From positions 2,304,001-2,368,000 of the forward strand of contig OY821641.1 of the NCBI GenBank assembly GCA_963555995.3: a DNA stretch of 64,000 nucleotides. The letters run 5' to 3'. This DNA comes from Vicinamibacteria bacterium. GTDB taxonomy: Bacteria > Acidobacteriota > Vicinamibacteria > Marinacidobacterales > Marinacidobacteraceae. Under the pieces are notes generated by a model. That model had not been told where the DNA came from, did not search any database, and worked only from the letters and a program-made list of their open reading frames with translations. A program made the position numbers and the translations under genes. Each line of letters begins with the position of its first letter. The first letter of the stretch is position 1. Shown here one piece after another: positions 20,770 to 29,654 of this stretch.

Positions 20770-23148
20770 ATGCCGAGCCTCACGGCCAAGTACCGCCGGA
20801 TTGCACTCGCTGGCGCGGGTGTCCTGGCCGCCGCGCTGCTCCTGACGCTGGCGGCCGGCGTGTACGTCCAGAGCCGGCTGCGCGCCAGCCGGCCGGCGCT
20901 GAGCGGCGCCGTGACGGTGGCGGGGCTCTCGGCCCCGGTCGTGGTGGAGCGGGACCGGTTGGGCGTCCCGCGCATCCGGGCGGAGACGATGCGCGACGCC
21001 CTGCGGGCGCTCGGGTATCTCCACGCCCAGGAACGTTTCTTCCAGATGGACCTCCAGCGGCGCCAGCCGGCGGGCGAACTGGCCGCACTGGTGGGCGGGG
21101 CGGCCGTCGGGGCGGACCGGGAGGCGCGCCGGCACCGGATGCGGGCGCGGACCGAACGGGCCGTCCGGGCGCTTCCCGCCGGGGCGCGGCGGGCCTTCGA
21201 GGCGTACCGGGACGGGGTCGCCGCCGGCCTCGCCGAGCTTTCGGCGCCGCCGTTCGAGTACCTGCTGCTCGGGCAAGAACCGGCGCCCTGGCGGATCGGC
21301 GACTCGCTGCTGACGGTGGTGGCGATGTACTTCGTCCTGAACGACGCGGAGGGGAGCCATGAGGCGAGGACCGCGGCGCTCGAGGCGGCGCTGCCGCCCG
21401 AACTGGCGGCGTTCCTGAATCCGCCGGGGACCGGCCGGGACGCCCCGCTCCTGGGCGAGGCGTTCCGGGTCCCCGAGATTCCCGGTCCGGCGGCGTTCGC
21501 CGGCGTCCGGGGGGGCGACCTCGTGTTTCCCGGCGCACCTCCCCCGGTCTCCGGGAGCAACTCCTGGGCGGTGGCCGCCGGGCGGACCGCCGGCGGCGTG
21601 GCGCTGATGGCGAGCGACATGCACCTGCCGCTCCGCGTCCCCAACATCTGGTACCGCGCCGAGTTGCACGTCGGGGACCTGCGCCTCCGCGGGCTCACGC
21701 TGCCGGGCGTTCCGGCGGTGATCGCCGGCAGCAACGGGAAGGTGGCGTGGGGATTCACGAACTCCGGCGGGGACTGGACCGACCTCGTGGAACTGGAACT
21801 GGACCCCGCCGACGCGCTCCGCTACCGCACCCCGGACGGCTGGCGGCGGATGGACGTGTTCGAGGAGGAGATTCCCGTGGCCGGGGCTCCGTCCGCGACG
21901 GTGGAAGTCCGGGAAACGATCTGGGGCCCGGTCACCGAGCGCTGGGGACGGCCGCTCGCGGTCCGCTGGATCGCGCACGACCCCGAGGGCCACCGGACCG
22001 CCTACCTGGGGCTCTGGGAGGCGTCGAACGTCGAAGACGCGTTCCGGGCCGGCTGGGGCAGCGGGATGCCCCCCCAGAACCTGGTCGCCGTGGACCGGGA
22101 GGGTTCGATCGGCTGGAGCATCGCCGGACCGATCCCCCGGCGCCGGGGGTTCGACGGCCGGATTCCGGTGTCCTGGGCCGATGGGACGCGGAGCTGGGAC
22201 GGGTACCTGGAACCGCGGGAGATCCCGGCGATCCGGAATCCGGAGTCCGGGCTCCTCTGGACGGCGAACAACCGGCTGGTGGACGGCGCCTTCCTGGACC
22301 GGATCGGCAGGGGCGGCAGCTACGCCCACGGCGAACGGGCGCGCCTCATCCGCGACCGGCTGCGCGCGGTGGAAGCCGCCGACGAGGCCGCGATGCTGGA
22401 CATCCAACTGGAGGACCGCGCCGACGAGCTGGCGGTGTGGCGCGAGCTGTTCCTCGACTCCCTGGAGGGTGCGGACGAGCCTTTGGCGGCCGAGGCTCTC
22501 CGCGTTCTGAAGGAAGGATGGACCGGCCGGGCGAGCGTGGACAGCGCCGCCTACCCGCTGGTGCGGAACGCCCGTCTCGATCTCTTCACCCGGGTGTACG
22601 GCCCCCTGACCGCCCCCGCCGCCGGACGCCTGCCGGACTTCTCCCCGTGGGTGGCCGTCCACTGGCCGGGTCCGCTGCTCCGGCTGGCGAGGGAAAGGCC
22701 CGCGCACTTCGTCCCGCCGGGGGCATCCGGCTGGGACGAGGCGCTCCGGCAGTCGGTGCTGGAGACCGCCGCCCGCGGGAGCGCGGCGGGCCCGCTCGCC
22801 GAGCGGACCTGGGGCGAGGAGAACGTCGTCCACATCCGGCATCCCCTGAGCCCGGCGCTGCCGCCGCCGCTCTCGCGCATCCTCGCGCCGTTCCTGGATG
22901 CGCCGCCGCGCGGCCTCCCCGGCGACACCGGGCTGCCCCGGTCGCAGGACGGCGACCACGGACCGTCCAACCGCTTCGCCGTCGCGCCGGGACGGGAGGG
23001 GGCGGGGATCCTCCACATGCCGGGGGGGCAGTCGGGACACCCGGGAATGCCGTACTACCTCTCCGGCCACCGGGACTGGGAAGAGGGCCGGGCCACCCCC
23101 TTCCTCGCCGGCCCGACGGAGTGGACCCTGACGCTCGTCCCGGAATGA
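20770..23148 (+). CDS. Penicillin acylase family (peptidase S45, Ntn hydrolase)
   Basis: RDRLGVPRI, GYLHAQERFFQMDLQRR, GSNSWAV nucleophile, DMHL, TANN, PGGQSGHP. Confidence 0.93.
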   Translation: MPSLTAKYRRIALAGAGVLAAALLLTLAAGVYVQSRLRASRPALSGAVTVAGLSAPVVVERDRLGVPRIRAETMRDALRALGYLHAQERFFQMDLQRRQPAGELAALVGGAAVGADREARRHRMRARTERAVRALPAGARRAFEAYRDGVAAGLAELSAPPFEYLLLGQEPAPWRIGDSLLTVVAMYFVLNDAEGSHEARTAALEAALPPELAAFLNPPGTGRDAPLLGEAFRVPEIPGPAAFAGVRGGDLVFPGAPPPVSGSNSWAVAAGRTAGGVALMASDMHLPLRVPNIWYRAELHVGDLRLRGLTLPGVPAVIAGSNGKVAWGFTNSGGDWTDLVELELDPADALRYRTPDGWRRMDVFEEEIPVAGAPSATVEVRETIWGPVTERWGRPLAVRWIAHDPEGHRTAYLGLWEASNVEDAFRAGWGSGMPPQNLVAVDREGSIGWSIAGPIPRRRGFDGRIPVSWADGTRSWDGYLEPREIPAIRNPESGLLWTANNRLVDGAFLDRIGRGGSYAHGERARLIRDRLRAVEAADEAAMLDIQLEDRADELAVWRELFLDSLEGADEPLAAEALRVLKEGWTGRASVDSAAYPLVRNARLDLFTRVYGPLTAPAAGRLPDFSPWVAVHWPGPLLRLARERPAHFVPPGASGWDEALRQSVLETAARGSAAGPLAERTWGEENVVHIRHPLSPALPPPLSRILAPFLDAPPRGLPGDTGLPRSQDGDHGPSNRFAVAPGREGAGILHMPGGQSGHPGMPYYLSGHRDWEEGRATPFLAGPTEWTLTLVPE

Positions 23149-23186
23149 GCGCCGACCCGCCCCTCGGTGTCGGGAAGATCCCGATG

Positions 23187-23215
23187 TTGACAGGGGTTCC
23201 GGCCACGGCTATTGT
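23187..23215 (+). promoter_or_regulatory. Sigma70-type promoter
   Basis: TTGACA (23187-92), 17 bp spacer, TATTGT (23210-15); unlikely by chance in such GC-rich DNA. Confidence 0.8.
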
Positions 23216-23220
23216 CCGAA

Positions 23221-23291
23221 GTGCGTTCGGGAGGGCTGCCTTGTCGCGGTCCGTCGAGACTAAGTTTCTCGCCCGGACGCCTTTTTTGTTT
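23221..23291 (+). ncRNA. Putative DUF3800-associated structured RNA: three-way junction plus U-tract
   Basis: P1 23223-31/23272-80, P2 23233-39/23246-52, P3 23255-59/23267-71, then CTTTTTTGTTT; starts at the expected TSS. Confidence 0.7.
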
Positions 23292-23295
23292 CGCG

Positions 23296-24042
23296 GTGTA
23301 CCTCCTCTATCTGGATGAGTCCGGTTCCGTCGGCGCATCTACAGAGACCCACTTCATTCTGGGGGGCGCGGCGCTCTTCGAGCGTCAGACTCACTGGCTC
23401 GACGTCAAGCTCGACGAACTGGCGAGGGCGCTTCGTCCGGAGGCGCCGGAGACACTTGAGTTTCACGGGAGCCCGATGCTCGCGGGCCGGGGCTGGTGGC
23501 GTGGTGTTCGTCGCCCGAACCGGCGTCAGGCGATCAAGGATGCGCTCCGTGCAGCCCATCAACTTCGGGGTCGCTGGACCCTCTTCGGAGCCGTCGTCGA
23601 GAAGGCGGCGCTTCCGAACGAGGATCTGGTCGAATATGCCTTTGAGCAGGTGAGCAGCCGATTCGACCAGTTCCTCGGCCGTCAGTTCGCGCGAGGCGAC
23701 GCGCAGCGCGGGTTGATCCTGTTGGACCGGCAGTCCGGCGAGCGGCGCCTACAGGCGCTGGCTCACGATTTCAAGACGTTCGGACATCGTTGGGGTGCAA
23801 CCCGAAACCTCGCCGACGTTCCGTACTTCGCCGACTCGCGCGCCAGCCGTCTGATCCAGTACGCCGACCTCGTCGCCTTCGCACTATGGTGCCGCTTTGA
23901 ACACGGGGACAGCGAGTTCTTCGACGTGATCGCAGAATGTTTTGATACGGATGCCGGCGTCGTTCACGGACTGCACCATTTCAAGAGCGGTAGCCGGGTG
24001 TGCGGTTGTCCGGGGTGCGCGAGCCGGGTTTCCCGGTTCTGA
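23296..24042 (+). CDS. DUF3800 domain protein (predicted RNase H-like fold)
   Basis: YLLYLDESG, LEFHGS, FADSRASRLIQYADLVAF; C-terminal CGCPGC. Confidence 0.88.
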   Translation: MYLLYLDESGSVGASTETHFILGGAALFERQTHWLDVKLDELARALRPEAPETLEFHGSPMLAGRGWWRGVRRPNRRQAIKDALRAAHQLRGRWTLFGAVVEKAALPNEDLVEYAFEQVSSRFDQFLGRQFARGDAQRGLILLDRQSGERRLQALAHDFKTFGHRWGATRNLADVPYFADSRASRLIQYADLVAFALWCRFEHGDSEFFDVIAECFDTDAGVVHGLHHFKSGSRVCGCPGCASRVSRF

Positions 24043-24100
24043 CACTCTTCCGCGCCATCTGAACCCGCGCGATTCGATCTGGCTCCAGCCGGCTCGAACT

Positions 24101-25369
24101 TCAGCCGAGGTACGGGATCGTCACCGGGCCGTGGGGGAGCACGGCCAGCCGGGCTTCCGCGCCGGCGCTTTCGAGGGCGTCCCGGCAGGCCAGGGACAGA
24201 TCCGGAACCGGCTCGAGGTGCGCCGCCCGCACCGTCTCCTCGGGAAGCGACGAACGGAGCCCGACCCGCGCGCGCTCCAGGATCCGGCAGTGGACCTGGA
24301 TCTGCCAGTCGTCGGGACGGCGCACCGGGGACGCGGCGAGCGCACCCCGGACCTCGGTGAGCGAAGCGCCGGCCCGGAGCGCCCGCGCGTACGCCCCTTC
24401 GTCCGGAATGCCGTCCCGGCATTCGGCGGCGCAGAAGATCGCCCCCCCGGTCTCGACGATCCGTTCCGCGGCGGACATCCCCTTGACGGCCTGGTAGAGG
24501 TTCTGGTCGAGGGGGTAACCGGAGTTCGTGGCCACCACCACCTCGAACGGCCCCTCCACCGGACACATGGCTTCCCGGCGGGAACGGACGCACGCGCGGG
24601 CGTGTTCTTCGAGCAGGTCGCCGCCGAAGACCCCGGTGATCCGCTTGTCGCCGTCGAGCAGCACGTCGAGCCCGAAGTCCACGCCCACCTGACGCGCAAT
24701 CGCTCTCACGTCGTCGTGGACGGGGTTGCCCTCGGTGATCCCGAAGACCGCGCTCGGGTGCCCGATGCGCGCGTCGTCGTGCAGCACCAGGATCGTCTCC
24801 ATGCCGGCGAGCCCCGGCGCCACCATCTTCGGCCCGCCCGAGAAGCCGGCGAAGAAGTGTGGCTCGACGAAGCCGGTGGTGATGCGCACGTCGGCTTCGA
24901 GGAAGCGGCGGTTGAGCAACACCGGCACGCCGGCCTCGGTGTCCGGAAGCCGGACGAGTTCGGACTGGTCCCGGCAGCGGTGGTTCACGACCTCGCAGGC
25001 CGCGAGCAGCTCGCTTCCGAACATGGCCTCGAGCTCGGTGGGAGTCGCGGGCCGGTGGGTGCCGGTGGCGACCAGCAGCGTCACCCGCTCCGGAGGGGTC
25101 GGGATCTCTTCGAGGATGGCCCGCAGCATGGGGATGCGGGGCTGGGCGCGGGTGGGGTCGCAGACGGAGATGGCCACCGTGGCGCCCGCGGGGACGCGCG
25201 CCGCCAGCGGCGGACCGGCGTCCGGCGTCCGGAGCGCCCGCACGATCGCCTCCGCCGCCGACGGGACGGGAGCGGGGAAACGGGGACGGATGACGGTGGT
25301 CCGTCCTTCGGCGGCGGGGGGGAGCGCGAGGTCGAGCCCGGTCTCTCCGTAGTCGAGTGGGATCCGCAC
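24101..25369 (-). CDS. LarA-family nickel-pincer racemase/epimerase
   Basis: DPTRAQP, ATGTHR, EPHFFAGFSGGPK, GNPVHDD, GYPLDQNLYQAVKG, AAECRDG, WQIQ. Confidence 0.9.
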   Translation of the reverse strand: MRIPLDYGETGLDLALPPAAEGRTTVIRPRFPAPVPSAAEAIVRALRTPDAGPPLAARVPAGATVAISVCDPTRAQPRIPMLRAILEEIPTPPERVTLLVATGTHRPATPTELEAMFGSELLAACEVVNHRCRDQSELVRLPDTEAGVPVLLNRRFLEADVRITTGFVEPHFFAGFSGGPKMVAPGLAGMETILVLHDDARIGHPSAVFGITEGNPVHDDVRAIARQVGVDFGLDVLLDGDKRITGVFGGDLLEEHARACVRSRREAMCPVEGPFEVVVATNSGYPLDQNLYQAVKGMSAAERIVETGGAIFCAAECRDGIPDEGAYARALRAGASLTEVRGALAASPVRRPDDWQIQVHCRILERARVGLRSSLPEETVRAAHLEPVPDLSLACRDALESAGAEARLAVLPHGPVTIPYLG

Positions 25370-25391
25370 GGCTTCCGCGTATTCTCGCCGG

Positions 25392-26249
25392 ATGCGTCTT
25401 TACCGCTACGCCGCTTCCTCCGGCGCGGAGGCCGGAGTCCTGATCGGGGACCGGCTGATCCCGATCCGGGTCCTGGCCCCGGAACTCGCCCCGGCCGACC
25501 CGGGGGACCTCGACGAGGTCGTCCAGAGCGGCCGTCTCCCCGCGCTGGCCGCGGCCGCGGCCGGGACGGACGCCTCCGGCGGACTCCGGCTGGACGACGC
25601 GGATCTGCTGGCTCCGCTGGTGCGTCCCCCCAAGATCTGGTGCATCGGACTCAACTACCGCGCCCACGCCGACGATCTCGACGCGAAGACCACGGCCACG
25701 CCCGTCGGGTTCATGCGGCCGAACGCCTCCATCATCGGCCCGGGCGAGACGGTCCGCCTGCCCCGAGCTTCGCGGCGGGTCACCGGGGAGGGCGAACTGG
25801 TGATCGTGCTGGGCTGGTCGGGGCAGGACATCGCCCCGGAAGACGCGTGGTTGGCGATAGGCGCCTGCACGCTGGCGGTGGACATGACCGCGGAGGACAT
25901 CCTCCGGCAGAACCCGCGCTTCCTCACCCGCGCCAAGAGTTTCGACACCTTCCTGAGCCTCGGCCCCTGCCTCGTGACTCCGGACGAAGTGGCGACGCGC
26001 GAGTCACTCCCGGCGATCCGCACGACGACGCTCCACAACGGCGAGCCCGCCCGCACCGCGCTCGTGGAGGCGATGACCCACCCTCCCGAGAAGCTCATTT
26101 CCTTCTTCTCGGAGGACATGACCTGGAAGGCGGGCGACATCCTGCTTACCGGGACGCCGGGGGCGGTGGTCATCGAGGACGGCGATACCGTGGGCGCGGA
26201 GGTGGAGGCGATCGGGCGCCTCGAGAACCCGGTCCGGCGGCTCGGGTAG
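25392..26249 (+). CDS. Fumarylacetoacetate hydrolase family protein
   Basis: KIWCIGLNYRAH, EGELVIV, RAKSFDTFLSLGP, GDILLTGTP. Confidence 0.92.
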   Translation: MRLYRYAASSGAEAGVLIGDRLIPIRVLAPELAPADPGDLDEVVQSGRLPALAAAAAGTDASGGLRLDDADLLAPLVRPPKIWCIGLNYRAHADDLDAKTTATPVGFMRPNASIIGPGETVRLPRASRRVTGEGELVIVLGWSGQDIAPEDAWLAIGACTLAVDMTAEDILRQNPRFLTRAKSFDTFLSLGPCLVTPDEVATRESLPAIRTTTLHNGEPARTALVEAMTHPPEKLISFFSEDMTWKAGDILLTGTPGAVVIEDGDTVGAEVEAIGRLENPVRRLG

Positions 26250-26315
26250 TGACGCGCGACGGCGATGCGTCACCGGCTGATCCGGAATCTGATTCCAGAT
26301 CAGCCGATGCCCGCG

Positions 26316-26852
26316 TCAGGACTCCGGTTGCGGGAAATGGCGTACGCGCCGCAATAGGTCGTCGGACGGAGCGCCGGACCCCGCCGCTTGCCAGCCGATC
26401 AGGTCGGGTCGGGCACCGAAGAGCACGATGGTGAACCCGTCCCTCGCGCGGCCGGGTCGCTGGCCCCCCTCGACCCGGAATCCATGGGCCCCTCCGGGAA
26501 CGAGCGCCGCCGAAGGTGCGGTCAGACCCTCCTGTCCGGCCGCCCGCAGACGAACCGCCTCCCGCTGACATGGCGCCCAACTCGCCCGGCCACCGGTCAG
26601 GGTCCTGGCGGAGAGCCGGGGGCGCACTGCCGGCGGGTCACCGAGTTCGACCGCCCAGAGCGCCCGTCGAACGTGGGACAAGTCCGCGGGGTCGCGGATC
26701 TCCTCGTGCCGCAGGAACTCCGCCCAGGCCCCGTCCGGGGTGTCGGAGAAGTAGTGGGTGAGTCGCCCCGGGACGTTCCAGCGTCCCGCCGCCGACGAAG
26801 CCGTTTCGCGGAGGAACGGGAATCGGGGATCGGCGTGCCGGAACGCGATCAT
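26316..26852 (-). CDS. RES domain toxin
   Basis: GRWN, YFSDTPDGAWAEFLRH, APSAAL (R/E/S); ATGA overlap with the antitoxin. Confidence 0.85.
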   Translation of the reverse strand: MIAFRHADPRFPFLRETASSAAGRWNVPGRLTHYFSDTPDGAWAEFLRHEEIRDPADLSHVRRALWAVELGDPPAVRPRLSARTLTGGRASWAPCQREAVRLRAAGQEGLTAPSAALVPGGAHGFRVEGGQRPGRARDGFTIVLFGARPDLIGWQAAGSGAPSDDLLRRVRHFPQPES

Positions 26853-27457
26853 GTGGCCGGGGAGAAGCCGAGCGCCCCCGCGAGTTCCCGTACTCGCTTC
26901 GGGCCATCATCCTCCGCCGACCAATCACCGGTCAGCACCTCCGCCGGGGTCTTTCCGCCGAGCGCGGACCGCCTCCGGTCGAACCATCGCCGGACCCCGA
27001 TCTCGTTGTAGGCTCCGGCAAGGTCCCCGGCCACCAAGGCGAGGAAGTGAAGCCGCGCGGCGATCGCGTCCGGCGTCTTTCGCGCCCCCGACGAGTAACG
27101 GCGGGCGCTGGAGTCGGAGATGCCCAGGAGGCGAGCCAGCAGGTCGAGGCCCAGGGATCGCGAGAGCGCCGGCCACTCGGTGCGTGGCACGGGGGAGCCG
27201 ACGAGGGCCTCGTGAAGAGCCCTGAGCCATCCGGCAGTTTCGGCCGGATCCGAGCCGGCCGGACGTTGGACGAGGCGGCCGATTCCCACCTCGGCCAAAC
27301 GGGCCTCCAGCGCATCCATCGCCCCGCTGTCGAGCTGGACGACTGCGGAGGAACAAAGCCCCATCGCTTCCGCCCGACTCAGGGCCGAGGCCGCCAGGGG
27401 AGCAACCTGGGGGTCGTCGTACGGACTGGTTACGGACTGTATTTGGATTCTTAGCAT
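26849..27457 (-). CDS. Xre/MbcA/ParS-like antitoxin
   Basis: HTH LARLLGISDSSARRY; C-terminal VRRWFDRRRSALGGKTPAEVL. Confidence 0.85.
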   Translation of the reverse strand: MLRIQIQSVTSPYDDPQVAPLAASALSRAEAMGLCSSAVVQLDSGAMDALEARLAEVGIGRLVQRPAGSDPAETAGWLRALHEALVGSPVPRTEWPALSRSLGLDLLARLLGISDSSARRYSSGARKTPDAIAARLHFLALVAGDLAGAYNEIGVRRWFDRRRSALGGKTPAEVLTGDWSAEDDGPKRVRELAGALGFSPAT

Positions 27458-27597
27458 AGTCCGTATTATATCCGATCCTTCTCCGATGCTCTGCGAACGG
27501 TTGGCGACCGAGCGATACGGGAGCGCGCCTCGTACTTCTCCAGCCTGTGCCGCGAGAGCGCTCGGGTAGACGCGCTCTCGCCGCGCTGCGCGCAGCG

Positions 27598-27704
27598 GTG
27601 CCGGCTGAAGCCGGCGTTCCAGGCCGGATGCGCCGTATGGGTGAGCAGCGGTGCGCGATCTGCGGCCCTGCGGGCCGCGTGCCGGTCTGAAGACCGGCGC
27701 TCCC
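27598..27704 (-). repeat. Two REP copies
   Basis: GTGCCGGCTGAAGCCGGCGTTCC at 27598; GTGCCGGTCTGAAGACCGGCGCTCCC at 27679. Confidence 0.85.
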
Positions 27705-27715
27705 GCGTCCCGCCC

Positions 27716-28702
27716 TTACAGCTCCACGACCGTGCCGAGGCCGTGTTCCTCGGCGCGGGTGAGGGCGGCGGCGCCGACGGCTACGTCCTGGACGGCGGTG
27801 CCGACGGTCTTGAAGAGGGTGGGGCCGCGGTCGGGGCGCGGGGCGGCGCCGACGGCGATTTCACCGATTTCCGCCAGGATGTGGTCCTCGGTGATCGCAC
27901 CGCGGTCGCGGGGCTGGATCAGGTCGCCGGTCTCTTCCCAGCAGGACTCGCGGTGGTCCACCACCACCGCGGACCGGACGACTGTCGCTTCCGGGATGAT
28001 CTGCATGTCGGGGGTGAAGGAGCCGATGGCGTTCAGGTGCGCGTCGTCCCGGAGCGCGCTGTCGGAGAAGACCGGGGTGTTCGCGGTGGTCGCCTCGGCG
28101 ATGACCTCGGATCCGGCGACCACTTCGTCGGCTGACGCGGCTACGCGAACCGGAATGCCCAGCGCCGCCGTCATGTCGGCGGCGAAGCTCTCCGCCACCC
28201 CGGTGCGGGGGTCATAGACGCGGGCGCTCTCGATTCCGGGGCGCGCGGTGACCATGGCTTCGAGCTGGGTGCGCGCCTGGACTCCGGCGCCGAGCACGCC
28301 GGCGGTCCGGACGTCGTCCCGCGCGAGTTCCGCGGTGGCCACTCCCGAAGCCGCGCCGGTGCGGATCGCGGTCAGCACCCCGCCGTGCATCGCTCCGGCG
28401 GGTATCCCGGTGTCGGGGTCGAGCACCACCACCAGCGCGTTGATGGTCGGGAGCGGCGGGGTGCGGGTCAGGTTCTCCGGGAAGATCCCGACGATCTTGG
28501 TGGCGAGCTGGTGGGCGCCGGCGAGGTAACCCGGCATGTAGAGGCTGATCCCGGAGCGGCTCGGCACGTCCACCCGCGCCCGGACCGGCATGGTGGCCCG
28601 GCCGGCGGAGAGTTCCACGAAGGCCTGCCGGACGGCCTGGATCGCCTCGGCCATGGGCATGGCCGCGCGGACTTCGTCGGCGGACAGGAGGCGCAATTTC
28701 AT
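27716..28702 (-). CDS. Ornithine cyclodeaminase / mu-crystallin family (ketimine reductase-like), paralog 1
   Basis: LTAIRTGAASGVAT, GAGVQARTQ, HLNAIGS, TLFKTVGTAVQD. Confidence 0.92.
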   Translation of the reverse strand: MKLRLLSADEVRAAMPMAEAIQAVRQAFVELSAGRATMPVRARVDVPSRSGISLYMPGYLAGAHQLATKIVGIFPENLTRTPPLPTINALVVVLDPDTGIPAGAMHGGVLTAIRTGAASGVATAELARDDVRTAGVLGAGVQARTQLEAMVTARPGIESARVYDPRTGVAESFAADMTAALGIPVRVAASADEVVAGSEVIAEATTANTPVFSDSALRDDAHLNAIGSFTPDMQIIPEATVVRSAVVVDHRESCWEETGDLIQPRDRGAITEDHILAEIGEIAVGAAPRPDRGPTLFKTVGTAVQDVAVGAAALTRAEEHGLGTVVEL

Positions 28703-28750
28703 GCGCGGTCTTGTACCAGACGGGCGGCCTCCCTGTGCGAGAATCGCGGC

Positions 28751-29632
28751 ATGCAAGGCGTCTATTCGGTCCTGCCGACCCCCTTCGCTCCCGACGGGAG
28801 CTTCGATTCTCCGAGTCTCGGCCGGGTGATGGACGTGTTCCTCGAGGACGGCGTTTCCGGCTTCACCGCCCTCGGGGTCACGAGCGAGGTCGCGCGGATC
28901 TCCGATCGGGAGCGGGACGAGATCCTGGACGCCAGCATGGCCCACGCGGACGGCCGGGCGCCGGTCATCGTGGGCGCCACCGGGCCGGGGCTCGACGTCT
29001 GCCTCGAACGGTGCCGCGCCGCCGAACGCGCGGGGGCGGCCGGCGTCATGGTCTCGCCGCCGCGGGCGCCCAAGTGCAACTCCGAGGCGATCTTCCGGCA
29101 CTTCGCGCGGATCGCGGAGACGATCTCGATCCCGGTGGTGATCCAGGACTTTCCGCCGATCTCGGGTTTCCACATGGAGCCGGACCTGCTGGCGCGCATC
29201 TGCCGGGAGATCCCGTCGGCGCGCACCATCAAGCTGGAGGACGCGCCCACCCCCTACAAGGCGGCGCGGATCCGGGAACGGACCGAAGGGCTCGACATCG
29301 GGATCTTCGGCGGCCTCGGGGGCGCCTACCTGATCGAGGAACTCATCTCGGGCGCCACCGGCGCCATGACCGGTTTCGCCTACCCCAAGCTCCTGGTGGC
29401 GGTCGTCTCGCGCTGGGACGCCGGCGACCGGGACGGCGCGGCGGCAGAGTTCTACCGGTACGCGCCGGTGATGCGCTTCGAGTTCCAGGAAGGCATCGGG
29501 ATGGCCATCCGCAAGGAGATGCTGCGGAGGAGGGGAGCCATCGCCCACACGGGCATCCGCGCCCCCGCCGCCCTGCTCGACCGGGCCACCGAGGAGGCGC
29601 TCGACCGCATCCTGGCCCACTTCGAGCTTTAG
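28751..29632 (+). CDS. DHDPS/NAL-family aldolase or dehydratase
   Basis: GVYSVLPTPF, LGVTSE, VIQDFP, IKLED (Schiff-base Lys), GAMTG. Confidence 0.88.
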   Translation: MQGVYSVLPTPFAPDGSFDSPSLGRVMDVFLEDGVSGFTALGVTSEVARISDRERDEILDASMAHADGRAPVIVGATGPGLDVCLERCRAAERAGAAGVMVSPPRAPKCNSEAIFRHFARIAETISIPVVIQDFPPISGFHMEPDLLARICREIPSARTIKLEDAPTPYKAARIRERTEGLDIGIFGGLGGAYLIEELISGATGAMTGFAYPKLLVAVVSRWDAGDRDGAAAEFYRYAPVMRFEFQEGIGMAIRKEMLRRRGAIAHTGIRAPAALLDRATEEALDRILAHFEL

Positions 29633-29654
29633 CCGCCCGGCGGACGGGAACCCC

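Noticed and set aside
19645-23148. 1167-aa fusion ORF and the antisense 1074-aa ORF
   Set aside because: Each is a real gene (S45 acylase from 20770, DUF481 barrel from 20745) extended by the antisense shadow of the other.
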